46,443 nucleotides of DNA from Actinomycetes bacterium (GCA_021784035.1 JAJXTD010000001.1:1-46443); one strand, 5' to 3'. Positions 20,276 to 29,631 are shown, numbered from the stretch's first letter. Notes: a model not told the origin generated them from the sequence alone. Numbers and translations are program-made.

Positions 20276-20905
20276 GTGAGCCTCGCCCTCGACCTCGGCG
20301 TCCTGCTCGCGACGTTCGCCGTCATCTTCCCGGCCGAGCTGCCGGACAAGTCGTTCATCGCCACGCTCGTCCTCGCGACGCGCTACCCGCGGCTGTGGGT
20401 CTGGCTCGCCGCGTCGGCCGCCTTCGGCATCCAGATGCTCATCGCCGTGGCGGCCGGCCAGCTGCTGTCCTACCTCCCGCACGCGCTCGTCCTCGGCGTC
20501 ACCGCCACGCTCTTCGCCGTCGGCGCGGTGGTGCTCGTCCATGGCGGCCTGCGCGCCCGCGCGGACGAGCTCGCGGAGGAGGAGGAGGAGACCCGCGAGT
20601 TCGAGTCGCGCGCCGTGGCCGGACGGCACGGGCTCGCCGCGTTCGCGACCACGTTCGCAGTCATCTTCACCGCCGAGTGGGGCGACCTCACGCAGCTCGT
20701 CACCGCGGGCCAGGCGGCCCGCACCGACGCGCCGCTGTCGGTCTTCCTCGGGTCGTGGCTCGCGCTCACCGCCGTCGCGGGCATCGGCGTGCTCGTCGGG
20801 TCGTGGCTGCAGCAGCGCGTCCCGCTGTGGCGCATCCGGATCGTGTCCGGTGCCCTGCTCGCGCTGCTGGCCGTCGTCACCGTCGTCGAGCTCGTCCGCG
20901 GCTGA
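20276..20905 (+). CDS. TMEM165/GDT1 (UPF0016) Mn2+/Ca2+ transporter
   Basis: Two repeats with AELPDKS and AEWGDLTQ motifs. Confidence 0.9.
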   Translation: MSLALDLGVLLATFAVIFPAELPDKSFIATLVLATRYPRLWVWLAASAAFGIQMLIAVAAGQLLSYLPHALVLGVTATLFAVGAVVLVHGGLRARADELAEEEEETREFESRAVAGRHGLAAFATTFAVIFTAEWGDLTQLVTAGQAARTDAPLSVFLGSWLALTAVAGIGVLVGSWLQQRVPLWRIRIVSGALLALLAVVTVVELVRG

Positions 20906-20940
20906 CCTGACCGGGAGACGCCGCCGGCCGATGCCGCACA

Positions 20941-20985
20941 TGGAAGATCGGACGCTGCCGACGGGGGATGCGGCAGCGTCCGATC
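20941..20985 (-). ncRNA. Candidate ~45-nt single-hairpin small RNA with C-rich loop
   Basis: 15-bp perfect stem with loop CAUCCCCCGU, starting about 7 nt below a TTGAGC-N18-TACGGT promoter-like pair (21021-21016, 20997-20992). Could instead be a simple terminator. Confidence 0.45.
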
Positions 20986-21154
20986 GCCCTGACCGTAAGG
21001 GGTTCCGGCCGCGTCGCTCAACCCGGGCGGGCGGTCCCCCGGGGTTCTTGACGGAAGCTTGACGAATCAGGCATCGGACGACCGGATAGCGGCCGACCGG
21101 GGCGCGAAACGCAACGCGGCGGAGCGGAGCCCTCGGCCTGACCGCGGCGGCTGG

Positions 21155-22132
21155 CTAGCGGAGCGTGACCTGGCGGTTGGTCAGCCCGGCGCGGGCGCGG
21201 CGCTCGGGCTCGGCGAGCGGGCCCGGCTCGGCGAGCGCGTCGGCGAGGCGCTCGGCGAACGCGGCCGCGGGCGCCTCGACGTCGTCGGCCTCCGTGCCGG
21301 GAGCGAGGTCCCACACCGGCGCGAGCAGGCCGTCCGCGCGGAACGTGCCGATGAGGCGCGTGCCCGGCCCGAGGCCGTCCGAGCCGCGCGCGTGCAGGCG
21401 CGCGAGCGCGTCGAGCAGCGGCTCCTCGTCGTGCGGCAGCACCCAGCGGAGGTGCTCCTTGGTGCCGATGCGCACCCAGTAGCCGGCGTCGACGCCCTGC
21501 AGGCGCACGGTCGGGACGACGGACGCGTTCGCGCGCTCGAGCGAGGCGGCGACGTCGGCCGTCGACTCGGCGCCGCTGCCCTCGATCCAGAAGTCGAAGC
21601 CGGCGTGCACGGTGACGTCGAGCGGGGCGGACAGGTCGAGCACGTCCTGCAGCCGCGGACCGGCGCCCGGGCGCTGCGGCGGCACCGGGCTGCCCGCGTC
21701 GGCGTCGAGCGCGCGCAGCAGCGCATCGGCGACGTCGCGGCTGGTGTCGCCGCTGCTCGTCGCCGTCTGCAGGGCCAGCAGGATCGCGCCGTCGACCCGC
21801 ACGAGCGCGGGCCACGCGAGCGGCAGCACCGTCGCGAGCGTGACCGTGCGGTCGCCCAGCCTCGCGGCGTACTCCGGGACCAGCGCCAGCGGCGCCGTCG
21901 CCGCCGGGACGATCTCGCGCATGGCGACCCAGTCGGTCTCGCCGGGCAGGCCGGCGAACGGACGACGGACGCGCTCCTGGCCGGCGCTCGCGGCGGCGCG
22001 TCCGTGGCAGGCCTTGTAGCGACGGCCGCTGCCGCAGGGGCAGGGCTCGCGCATCCCGACGACGGGCACGTCGGCGCCGCCGTCGACCGGGACGGCGGGG
22101 GCTGGGCGTGAGTGCTTCTTCTGCTGGGCCAC
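21155..22132 (-). CDS. SEC-C motif / DUF5926-like protein
   Basis: REPCPCGSGRRYKACHG, RPFAGLPGETDWVAMRE and C-terminal GLTNRQVTLR. Conserved neighbour of glpQ. Confidence 0.85.
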   Translation of the reverse strand: MAQQKKHSRPAPAVPVDGGADVPVVGMREPCPCGSGRRYKACHGRAAASAGQERVRRPFAGLPGETDWVAMREIVPAATAPLALVPEYAARLGDRTVTLATVLPLAWPALVRVDGAILLALQTATSSGDTSRDVADALLRALDADAGSPVPPQRPGAGPRLQDVLDLSAPLDVTVHAGFDFWIEGSGAESTADVAASLERANASVVPTVRLQGVDAGYWVRIGTKEHLRWVLPHDEEPLLDALARLHARGSDGLGPGTRLIGTFRADGLLAPVWDLAPGTEADDVEAPAAAFAERLADALAEPGPLAEPERRARAGLTNRQVTLR

Positions 22133-22178
22133 GATCGGCGAGCGTACGCGACCGTCCCGCGGGCCGGCGCGGCACGAC

Positions 22179-23030
22179 TCAGGCGTGCGCCCGGGTCCCG
22201 CCGTCGGACCCCGATCGGCCGAGCTGGGCGAGCACCGGGCCGGGGCGGTTCGTGATGATCGCCTCCACGCCGAGCCGCACGCACAGCTCGACGTCCTCGG
22301 GCCGGTCCACGGTCCAGACGTGCACCCGCCCGCCGGCGCGGTGGACCCGCTCGACGTAGCGCGGGTGCGCACGCACGATGTCGATCGACGGCCCCGCGAT
22401 GGCCGACCCGAACGGCAGCGAGCCGTCGCGGAAGCGCAGCGGGACCCGGTCCAGCAGGAACACCGTCGCGAGCCCGGGGGCCAGCGCCCGGACCCGGCGC
22501 ATGGACAGCTGCGAGAAGCTCATGATCCGCACCCGCGAGCCGTGCTCGCTGCGCGGGCGGGCCAGGCCGAAGCGCCGGAGCAGATCGATCGTGCTCTCCT
22601 CCACGAGGGCGCCGTACCGCGTGGGGTGCTTCGTCTCGATGGCGAGGCCGATCTCGCGCGGCGAATCGACGACGAGCTCCAGCAGCCGCTCGAGGGTGAG
22701 CACGCGGCGCCGGTCCTCGTCCATCACGACGGGATCGTCGAGCTCCGGCCCGGGCGAGCTCGGCCGCGACGTGCCGGCCTCCCGCCAGCGGCCGAAGTCC
22801 CGGCGGTGCAGGTCCTCGAGGGTCATCACGGACACCACGCCCGTGCCGTCGCTCGTCCGGTCGATGCGCCGGTCGTGGACGCACACGAGGTGACCGTCCG
22901 CCGTGAGGCGCACGTCGCACTCGAGCGAGTCGGCGCCGTCGGCCACCGCCTGGACGTACGCCGCCAGGGTGTGCTCTGGCACGTCGGCGCTGGAGCCCCG
23001 GTGCGCGACGACCTCGGTCACGCGGGACAT
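22179..23030 (-). CDS. glpQ: Glycerophosphodiester phosphodiesterase
   Basis: AHRG, PEHT, ECDV, CVHD, IETK, VWTVD and IITN. Confidence 0.92.
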   Translation of the reverse strand: MSRVTEVVAHRGSSADVPEHTLAAYVQAVADGADSLECDVRLTADGHLVCVHDRRIDRTSDGTGVVSVMTLEDLHRRDFGRWREAGTSRPSSPGPELDDPVVMDEDRRRVLTLERLLELVVDSPREIGLAIETKHPTRYGALVEESTIDLLRRFGLARPRSEHGSRVRIMSFSQLSMRRVRALAPGLATVFLLDRVPLRFRDGSLPFGSAIAGPSIDIVRAHPRYVERVHRAGGRVHVWTVDRPEDVELCVRLGVEAIITNRPGPVLAQLGRSGSDGGTRAHA

Positions 23031-23082
23031 CGTGGCACCCGCGGGCGACGGGCCGGACACCACACCACCACCCCGGGGTGAA

Positions 23083-24477
23083 TCAGACGAGAACGGCGCC
23101 CGGGTTGAACAGGCCCCGCGGATCGAGGCCGGCCTTGACCGCCCGCATCGCCGCGATCTCCGCGGGCGACCGGGTGAGCGCGAGGTACGCCGCCTTCGCG
23201 CGGCCCACGCCGTGCTCGGCGGAGATCGAGCCGTGGTGGTCGGCGACGGCCGTGAGCACGACGGCGTCGACCCGTTCGTCGTCGGGCTGCGGGCCGAGCA
23301 CCTCGACGTGCAGGTTGCCGTCGGCGAGGTGGCCGAACACGAGGAGCTCGTCGACGTCGGGCAGCGAGCGCACCCGCGCCCTCAGGTCGGTCACGAACGC
23401 GTCCCAGCCGCCCATCGGGACGGACACGTCGAAGCGGTGGGGCACGCCGAGCGCGGCAGTCGCCTCGGCCGCGCGCTCGCGGTAGGACCAGAACCGCGCG
23501 CGGTCGGCCGGATCGAGCGCGACGACGGCGTCGCGGTCGTCGGGCAGGTCCATCGCGATCTCGCCGTCGCGCGGGGACTCGGTCTCGAGCAGCAGCAGGT
23601 GGTCGGCCGCGCCGGCGAGCGGCCACGGCAGCGACGCGACCGTGCAGACGTGGCGCAGCATGGCGGCGTCCAGGAGCTCTGCGGCGAGCAGGCGTACGCC
23701 GCGGGGCACGGCCGAGCGGACGAGGGCGAGCGCGTCGGCCGCGTCGCGCACCCCGACGAGCGCGACGGCGGACGCCGTCGCCGGGCGCACCAGGCGCAGC
23801 CGCGCCGCGGTGACGACGCCGAGCGTTCCCTCGCTGCCGACCAGCAGGCCGGTGAGGTCGTAGCCGGTGTTGTCCTTCGGCAGCCCGCCGAGGTGGCTGA
23901 TCACCGAGCCGTCGGGCAGCACGGCCTCGACGCCGACCACCTGCGCGCGGGTCATGCCGTGCACGCAGACCCGGATGCCGCCCGCGTTCGTGCCGATCGT
24001 GCCGCCGACCGTCGCGCTGTCGCGGGCGGCGAGGTCGACGCCGTACTCCCAGCCGGCCGCCCGGACGTGCCGGTGCAGGTCGGCCAGCACGACGCCGGCG
24101 CCCGCGGTCACCTGGCCGGCGAGGTCGTCGACCGGCTCGAGCCGGGCGAGCCTGCGGGTGGACAGGATCACGACCGGGGGCCCGTCGGCCCCGGGCACCG
24201 AGCCGCCGACGAGTCCGGTGTTGCCGCCCTGCGGCAGCACCGGCACCCCGGCCGCGATGCACGCGCGGACGACCGCCGCGACCTCGGCGGTGTCGGCCGG
24301 GCGCACCACGGCGAGCGCGGGCCCGGCGAAGCGCCGCGACCAGTCCACGGCGTAGGGCGCGACGAGGTCGTCGTCGTCGAGCACCTGCCCCGCCCCGACG
24401 ACGGAACGCAGCGCCCCGATCAGCTCCACGCCCGGCTCCACGCCCGCATCCACGCCCGCATCCACGCCCGGCTCCAC
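23083..24477 (-). CDS. FAD-binding oxidoreductase (GlcD/D-2-hydroxyacid dehydrogenase family)
   Basis: GGNTGLVGG, KDNTGYDL, GSEGTLG, GHLADGNLH, SAEHGVG and NPG. Start uncertain because of a tandem repeat. Confidence 0.9.
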   Translation of the reverse strand: MEPGVDAGVDAGVEPGVELIGALRSVVGAGQVLDDDDLVAPYAVDWSRRFAGPALAVVRPADTAEVAAVVRACIAAGVPVLPQGGNTGLVGGSVPGADGPPVVILSTRRLARLEPVDDLAGQVTAGAGVVLADLHRHVRAAGWEYGVDLAARDSATVGGTIGTNAGGIRVCVHGMTRAQVVGVEAVLPDGSVISHLGGLPKDNTGYDLTGLLVGSEGTLGVVTAARLRLVRPATASAVALVGVRDAADALALVRSAVPRGVRLLAAELLDAAMLRHVCTVASLPWPLAGAADHLLLLETESPRDGEIAMDLPDDRDAVVALDPADRARFWSYRERAAEATAALGVPHRFDVSVPMGGWDAFVTDLRARVRSLPDVDELLVFGHLADGNLHVEVLGPQPDDERVDAVVLTAVADHHGSISAEHGVGRAKAAYLALTRSPAEIAAMRAVKAGLDPRGLFNPGAVLV

Positions 24478-24478
24478 G
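24425..24478. repeat. 12-bp tandem repeat, 4.5 units
   Basis: TCCACGCCCGGC / TCCACGCCCGCA units. Confidence 0.9.
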
Positions 24479-24507
24479 TCACGCCCCCATCCTGCCCAGG
24501 TCCCCCA

Positions 24508-24639
24508 TCCGCCGTGAATGTGCCCCCGACTGCGCTAGAAGCAGTCAGGGTTCCCCCGCTCGCCGACTCCGCCCCGCGTCCGCTACGTGGATGTCCCGCT
24601 GGCTGCTTCTAGCGCAGTTCAGGTCACATTCACGGCGGA
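24508..24639. repeat. REPIN/MITE-like element, copy 2
   Basis: TCCGCCGTGAATGTG...CACATTCACGGCGGA perfect outer inverted repeat; inner CTGCGCTAGAAGCAG / CTGCTTCTAGCGCAG. Confidence 0.82.
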
Positions 24640-24667
24640 CAGCCGGGGCGGACGGGACGGCGGGGAG

Positions 24668-25561
24668 CTACTTGAGGAACTTGCTGTAGCGGCGGTCGGC
24701 GAGGGGCTTGCCGTCGGTCTGGCAGGTGGCGCAGTACTGCAGCGAGGAGTCGGCGAAGGACACCTCGCGTACGACGTCCCCGCAGACGGGACACGGCTGG
24801 CCGGTGCGCCCGTGCACGCGCATCCCGAGCTTCTTCTCGGCCTTGAGGTCGGCCGCGCCGAGACCCTCCGACCGGCGCACGGCGTCGGTGAGGACGTCGC
24901 GCATCGCGGCGTACAGCGTCGCGACCTCCTCGGGGGACAGCTTCCCGGCGGCCTTGAACGGGCTGAGTCGCGCGGCATGCAGGATGTCGTCGCTGTAGGC
25001 ATTGCCGATGCCCGCGATCGTCGACTGGTCGCGCAGGACGCCCTTGAGCTGGTGCCCGCCGGCCTCGGCCAGGATCGCCGCGAGGACGTCGACGGTGACG
25101 TCGTCGGCCAGCGGCTCGGGGCCGAGCCGCGCGATCCCCGGGACCGCGTCCGGGTCGCGGACGACGTAGACCGCGAGCCGCTTCTGCGTCGCCGCCTCGG
25201 TGAGGTCGAAGCCGCCCGCCGCCACGCCGTCGTCGTCGACGAGCACGACGCGGAACGCGAGCGGTCCCTTGCCCGGCTTCGGCGGTGCGGCGCTCATCTC
25301 CTTGCGCCAGTGCAGCCAGCCGGAGCGGGACAGGTGCGTGACGAGGTGGAGGACCTCGCCGTCCTCGTCGACGAGCACGACGTCGAGGAACTTGCCGCGG
25401 CGCGCCGCGTCGACGATCCGCGCCCCGACGAGGTCGGTGACCGGCGGGTCGAAGGTCTTGAGGGCGCTGATCGCCGCGAGCTCCACCCGCGCCACGCGCA
25501 GGCCGGTCGCGGTCGCGCGCAGGTACGCGGCGAGCGACTCCACCTCCGGCAGCTCGGGCAC
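24668..25561 (-). CDS. Fpg/Nei family DNA glycosylase (Fpg2-like paralog)
   Basis: N-terminal PELPEV, RRGKFL, IAGIGNAYSDDIL, CPVC...CATCQ zinc finger and LADRR tail. Confidence 0.92.
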   Translation of the reverse strand: MPELPEVESLAAYLRATATGLRVARVELAAISALKTFDPPVTDLVGARIVDAARRGKFLDVVLVDEDGEVLHLVTHLSRSGWLHWRKEMSAAPPKPGKGPLAFRVVLVDDDGVAAGGFDLTEAATQKRLAVYVVRDPDAVPGIARLGPEPLADDVTVDVLAAILAEAGGHQLKGVLRDQSTIAGIGNAYSDDILHAARLSPFKAAGKLSPEEVATLYAAMRDVLTDAVRRSEGLGAADLKAEKKLGMRVHGRTGQPCPVCGDVVREVSFADSSLQYCATCQTDGKPLADRRYSKFLK

Positions 25562-25642
25562 GGGACGAGCCTGCCAGGTGAGCCCGGTGCCGTGGGGCGT
25601 CGTCGCGGCTTTCGCGGGGTCGCCCTGCCGCCACCGGCCCCG

Positions 25643-26029
25643 ATGAGTGACACTTTGCCCGTGGGCGATCAGGTGGGACCCGGGGTCGACGCCGTCCTGC
25701 CCGGACGCATCGGGCTGCTCGTGCGCGTGCCGGTCAAGCCGGGACTGCGCGCCGCCGCGCTCGACGTCCTCAACCGGTACGTCGACGACCTGCATCAGGA
25801 GCCCGGCACCGAGGCGTTCTTCCTGTGCGTCGAGCCGGACGACTCCGACGTCGTCTGGCTCTACGAGTGGTTCCGCGACGAGGACTCGCTCGAGGCCCAT
25901 CGCGGCGCGCCGCTGTTCGGCCGGCTGATGTCCGAGCTCCCCGACCTCGTGGCCGACGGCCCCGGCATCATGCGCCTGGACCCGCTGCGGCTGCGGATGT
26001 CCAGCGCCGTCACCGCGCAGTCGCTGTAG
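25643..26029 (+). CDS. ABM-domain (putative quinol monooxygenase) protein
   Basis: VKPG...EPGT...LYEWF...LEAH pattern. Start uncertain. Confidence 0.78.
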   Translation: MSDTLPVGDQVGPGVDAVLPGRIGLLVRVPVKPGLRAAALDVLNRYVDDLHQEPGTEAFFLCVEPDDSDVVWLYEWFRDEDSLEAHRGAPLFGRLMSELPDLVADGPGIMRLDPLRLRMSSAVTAQSL

Positions 26030-26044
26030 CGCGTCCCCGCGAGG

Positions 26045-26482
26045 TCAGCGCGCCGCGCGCGTGCGGCGCAGGAAGTTCAGGCCGAGGATCGGCAGCACCA
26101 GCGGGATGAACAGGTAGTCGCGGCCGTACCAGAACCAGACGCTCGACTTCGCGTCGAACGCGGCCGGGTCGACGACGCTGAGCGTCCCGACGACGAGGAC
26201 GCCGACGAGCTCGGCGACCATGCAGACGAACGCGACGCGGCGCCACCTCGGGGTGTCCTTCACGAGCGCGACGGTGATGACGCAGTAGACGACCGCGGCC
26301 ACGGCGGAGAGCCCGTACGCCAGCGGCGCCTGGTCGAACTTCACGACCAGCTCGTAGAGCGACCGGGCCGAGGCGCCCACCGCGAGGATCGCGTAGACGG
26401 TGATGAGCGCCCGGCCGGCACCGTGCTTGGTCGAGGCGGCCGCGGGAGAGGTGCCCTCGGCCGGACCCGTGCCCTCAGCCAT
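26045..26482 (-). CDS. Actinobacterial integral membrane protein
   Basis: Four hydrophobic segments; SVWFWYGRDYLFIPLVLP. Confidence 0.8.
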   Translation of the reverse strand: MAEGTGPAEGTSPAAASTKHGAGRALITVYAILAVGASARSLYELVVKFDQAPLAYGLSAVAAVVYCVITVALVKDTPRWRRVAFVCMVAELVGVLVVGTLSVVDPAAFDAKSSVWFWYGRDYLFIPLVLPILGLNFLRRTRAAR

Positions 26483-26888
26483 GTCCGGTCACCGTCGCCG
26501 CCCCGGTCCAGACCTGCTGCAGGCGGATCACGAGCACGGGGATGAGCAGCCCCGCGATGCACACGACACCGGCGCCCCAGCGCCCCGGCTCGGCCGCGCC
26601 CCACCACACCGTGCCGGGAGCGGCGAGCAGCACGACGAGCAGGTACGCGAGGAACACGACCGGGTCCGCGGGCGCGTTGCCGCCGATCCACGCGACGACG
26701 CACTGGATCGCGAGCACGACCACGGCCAGCTCGAGCAGCGCGACGAGTCCGAGCACCCAGCGCGGCAGCTTCCGGTCGAGGAGCGCGAGGACGCCCGCCA
26801 CGACCGCGAGCGCGAGGGACAGCACGGTGACGACGGCGGCGACGGAGGTCACCGGCCAGTCGGACGCGAGCAGCGCGGCAGAGGTCAC
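26475..26888 (-). CDS. Integral membrane protein paired with the downstream gene
   Basis: Four TM segments ending RLQQVW; 8-bp overlap with the next gene. Confidence 0.75.
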   Translation of the reverse strand: MTSAALLASDWPVTSVAAVVTVLSLALAVVAGVLALLDRKLPRWVLGLVALLELAVVVLAIQCVVAWIGGNAPADPVVFLAYLLVVLLAAPGTVWWGAAEPGRWGAGVVCIAGLLIPVLVIRLQQVWTGAATVTGHG

Positions 26889-27054
26889 GCGCAGATTGTG
26901 TCCCCTCGACCCGACCGCGTCCGCACCAGGGGAGCCCGACGCGCCGTGGCAACGGCGACGCCCGGTCGATACGCCGTACGCCGCTCGGCCGAGCGAGGGG
27001 AGCGGCCGCACCCGACGCGTCGTGCCGACGCCCGCTCGATCCGCCGTACGGCGC

Positions 27055-27915
27055 TCAGCCCAGGGCGAGGAGCGCGGCCGCGACGATCGCCGTGACCATG
27101 CCGACCTTCTGCATGGGGCGTAGGCGCTCGGTCAGGACGAGGCGCGCGAGCAGCACGGTGGCCGCGGGGTAGAGGGACCCGAGGACCGACACCACCGACA
27201 GCAGGCCGATCTGCAGCGCGAGGACGTAGACGGCGTTCGCGGCGACGTCCATGACGCCCGCCGCCATCGCCTGGATCCGGACCGGCGGGTCCTGGGGGAG
27301 GTACGACCGCGCGGACCGGGACGCGGCGACGGCGCCGAGCACGCCGATGAGCACCGTCGAGGTCCCGCGCGCCCACACGACGGACCACAGGCCGGAGCCG
27401 TCCGGCGCCCACGAGATGACCGCCATGAAGCCGCCGATCCCGACGCCGGCCCCGATGGCGAGCAGCAGCGCCCGCGACGACACCCGCCGGTGGCGCTCGT
27501 CGTCGGTGGGCGACTGCGGCTCGAGCCCGACCGTCACGATCGCGACGACGGCCAGCGCCATGCCGACGTACGCCGCGGCCCCGGGCCGGTCCCCGCGCAC
27601 GAGACCGACGACCACGGGGATGGCGGCGCCGATCACCGCGGCGATCGGGGACACCACCCCCATCGGTCCGAGCGTGAGGGCGGCGTAGAGCAGCAGGATC
27701 CCGGTGGCGCCGAACAGCGCGGCGCCGATGCCCGGCAGCGCCGTCCCGGCTGGGTCGCCCCCGAGCAGGATCGCCGCCGGCACGATGAGGACGAGGCCGG
27801 CCGGCGTGGTGAGCACGAGGGTCTGCAGGGGCGTGGAGCGGCGGGACGCGAGCCCGCCGACGAAGTCCGCGACGCCCCACACCATCGAGGAGATCAGCGC
27901 GAGGAGGGCGGCCAC
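27055..27915 (-). CDS. EamA/DMT family transporter
   Basis: WGVADFVGG, GPMGVVSPI and SLYPAATVLLA...ERL; about 10 TM segments. Confidence 0.88.
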   Translation of the reverse strand: MAALLALISSMVWGVADFVGGLASRRSTPLQTLVLTTPAGLVLIVPAAILLGGDPAGTALPGIGAALFGATGILLLYAALTLGPMGVVSPIAAVIGAAIPVVVGLVRGDRPGAAAYVGMALAVVAIVTVGLEPQSPTDDERHRRVSSRALLLAIGAGVGIGGFMAVISWAPDGSGLWSVVWARGTSTVLIGVLGAVAASRSARSYLPQDPPVRIQAMAAGVMDVAANAVYVLALQIGLLSVVSVLGSLYPAATVLLARLVLTERLRPMQKVGMVTAIVAAALLALG

Positions 27916-27987
27916 GGGCGACAGTCCAGCACATCCCGTCCCGGCAACGACCTCGCGCTCGGCTCGCGGGACGCCTAGCGTCGTGAC

Positions 27988-28980
27988 GTGCTCTCCCCGC
28001 CCGAGGACCTCGACGACGCGCTCGTCGGCGCGGCGCTGCGCGAGCACTGGGGGATCGACGCCGCCGAGCGGGTCTACGCACCGGTGGGGTTCGGCAGCCA
28101 CCACTGGGACGCCGTGGGCGCCGACGGACGCCGCTGGTTCGTCACGGCCGACGACCTCGATGCGAAGCCCTGGTTCGGTCCCGACCGCGCCGCCGTCCTC
28201 GCCGGCCTGCGCACGGCGTACGGCACGGCCGCCGAGCTGCGCGACGGGTGCGGGCTGTCCTTCGTGCTGGGACCTCGGCTCGACCACGACGGCGTCGCGG
28301 CGCACGCGGTCACCGACCGCTGGGCCGTCTCCGTCGTCCCCCGGGTCGAGGGCGAGACCGGTGGCTTCGCGGACCACTTCCCGGCCGAGCGGCGCGACGA
28401 GATGGCCCTGCTGCTCGCCGAGCTCCACCAGGCGCAGCCGGCCGCGGTGCGTCCGCGCGACGACGCCTCCCGCGGCGACCGGGACGCCGTCGTGACGGTC
28501 CTCGACGGGCTCGGCGAGCCGTGGACCGGCGGCCCGTGGTCGGAGCCGGCCCGCGCGTGGTGCGTCGAGAACGCCGACGACGTACGCCGGCTGGTCGAGC
28601 GCCACGACGTCCTCGCCGAGCACGCCGCGGGGCGTCCCCGCGTCGTGACGCACGGGGAGCCGCATCCAGGCAACGTCCTGGTGAGCGACGACCGGTGCCT
28701 TCTCATCGACTGGGACACCGTCGCGGCCGCGCCGCCCGAGCGCGACCTGTGGCTCGCCGCGGGCGGCTGGGACGGGCCGGTCGACGAGGCGTTCCTCGAG
28801 TCCTACCAACGACTCTCGGGTGTCGACGTCGACCGTGACGTGCTCACGCTGTACCGGATCACCTGGGTGCTGTCCGACGTCGCGAGCCTCGCCGGCAACC
28901 TGCGCCGCGCGCACACGCGGACCCCGACGTCGGACGCCGTCTGGGGCTACCTGCGCGCCCTCCGCCTCGACGTCGACTGA
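27988..28980 (+). CDS. Aminoglycoside phosphotransferase (APH)-like kinase
   Basis: PVGFGSHHW, THGEPHPGNVL, LIDWD and PPERDL. Confidence 0.82.
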   Translation: MLSPPEDLDDALVGAALREHWGIDAAERVYAPVGFGSHHWDAVGADGRRWFVTADDLDAKPWFGPDRAAVLAGLRTAYGTAAELRDGCGLSFVLGPRLDHDGVAAHAVTDRWAVSVVPRVEGETGGFADHFPAERRDEMALLLAELHQAQPAAVRPRDDASRGDRDAVVTVLDGLGEPWTGGPWSEPARAWCVENADDVRRLVERHDVLAEHAAGRPRVVTHGEPHPGNVLVSDDRCLLIDWDTVAAAPPERDLWLAAGGWDGPVDEAFLESYQRLSGVDVDRDVLTLYRITWVLSDVASLAGNLRRAHTRTPTSDAVWGYLRALRLDVD

Positions 28981-29034
28981 CGAAAGCCCTCCCAGCCCCT
29001 CCCCGTCCGTCCCGCCTCGCAGCCGCCCTTGTTC

Positions 29035-29161
29035 CGCATGACGGTGCACCAGGACGCGCCAGGGGCACCTGCGGTGCCTCCTTCTATCGGACGGCCGAGC
29101 TTCGGAACGGGTGAGGGGCGCCACAGGTGCGCCTATCCGGGGGTGGGGGCACCTTCATGCG
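29035..29161. repeat. REPIN/MITE-like element, diverged copy 3
   Basis: CGCATGACGGTGCACC ... GGGGCACCTTCATGCG terminal IR (14/16 match); inner GCACCTGCGGTGCC / GGCGCCACAGGTGC pairing; 127 bp. Confidence 0.6.
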
Positions 29162-29219
29162 CAGACCGTGCCGGCGGGCGCAAGTCGACGCGAGCGGCTG
29201 GAGCAGGCAGGCTGACGGG

Positions 29220-29591
29220 ATGACGACACCGACGCTGGGGGCGGCCTTCGCCGACGCCCTCGCGCGCAAGGCCGGCGACCGGGTGCTCGACCTGCTCCAC
29301 CCCGAGCTGGACTTCCGGGCGATGACACCGAACCAGGTCTGGGAGGCCGCGACCCCCGAGGACGTCGTCGACGTGCTCGGGCAGTGGTTCGACGAGACCG
29401 ACGTGATCGAGGGCGTCGACGCCGTCGAGACCGGGGCCTTCGCCGACCGGGAGCGCGTCGGCTACCGCCTGCGCGTCCGCAACGACGACGGCCTGCACCT
29501 CGTCGAGCAGCAGGCCTACCTGTCCGAGCGCGACGGGCGCATCGGCTGGCTGCGCATCATGTGCTCCGGCTTCCGCCCGGTCGACGGCTGA
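29220..29591 (+). CDS. SnoaL/NTF2-like small protein
   Basis: 123 aa; LLHPELDFRAMTP, VEQQAY and IMCSGFRP. Confidence 0.7.
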   Translation: MTTPTLGAAFADALARKAGDRVLDLLHPELDFRAMTPNQVWEAATPEDVVDVLGQWFDETDVIEGVDAVETGAFADRERVGYRLRVRNDDGLHLVEQQAYLSERDGRIGWLRIMCSGFRPVDG

Positions 29592-29631
29592 GCCGAGCGG
29601 ACCACCGGGTGCACGACCGACGCGGCCGTCC

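Noticed and set aside
27988-28980. Bona fide aminoglycoside resistance gene
   Set aside because: Only fold-level motifs, an atypical catalytic residue and no mobile context.
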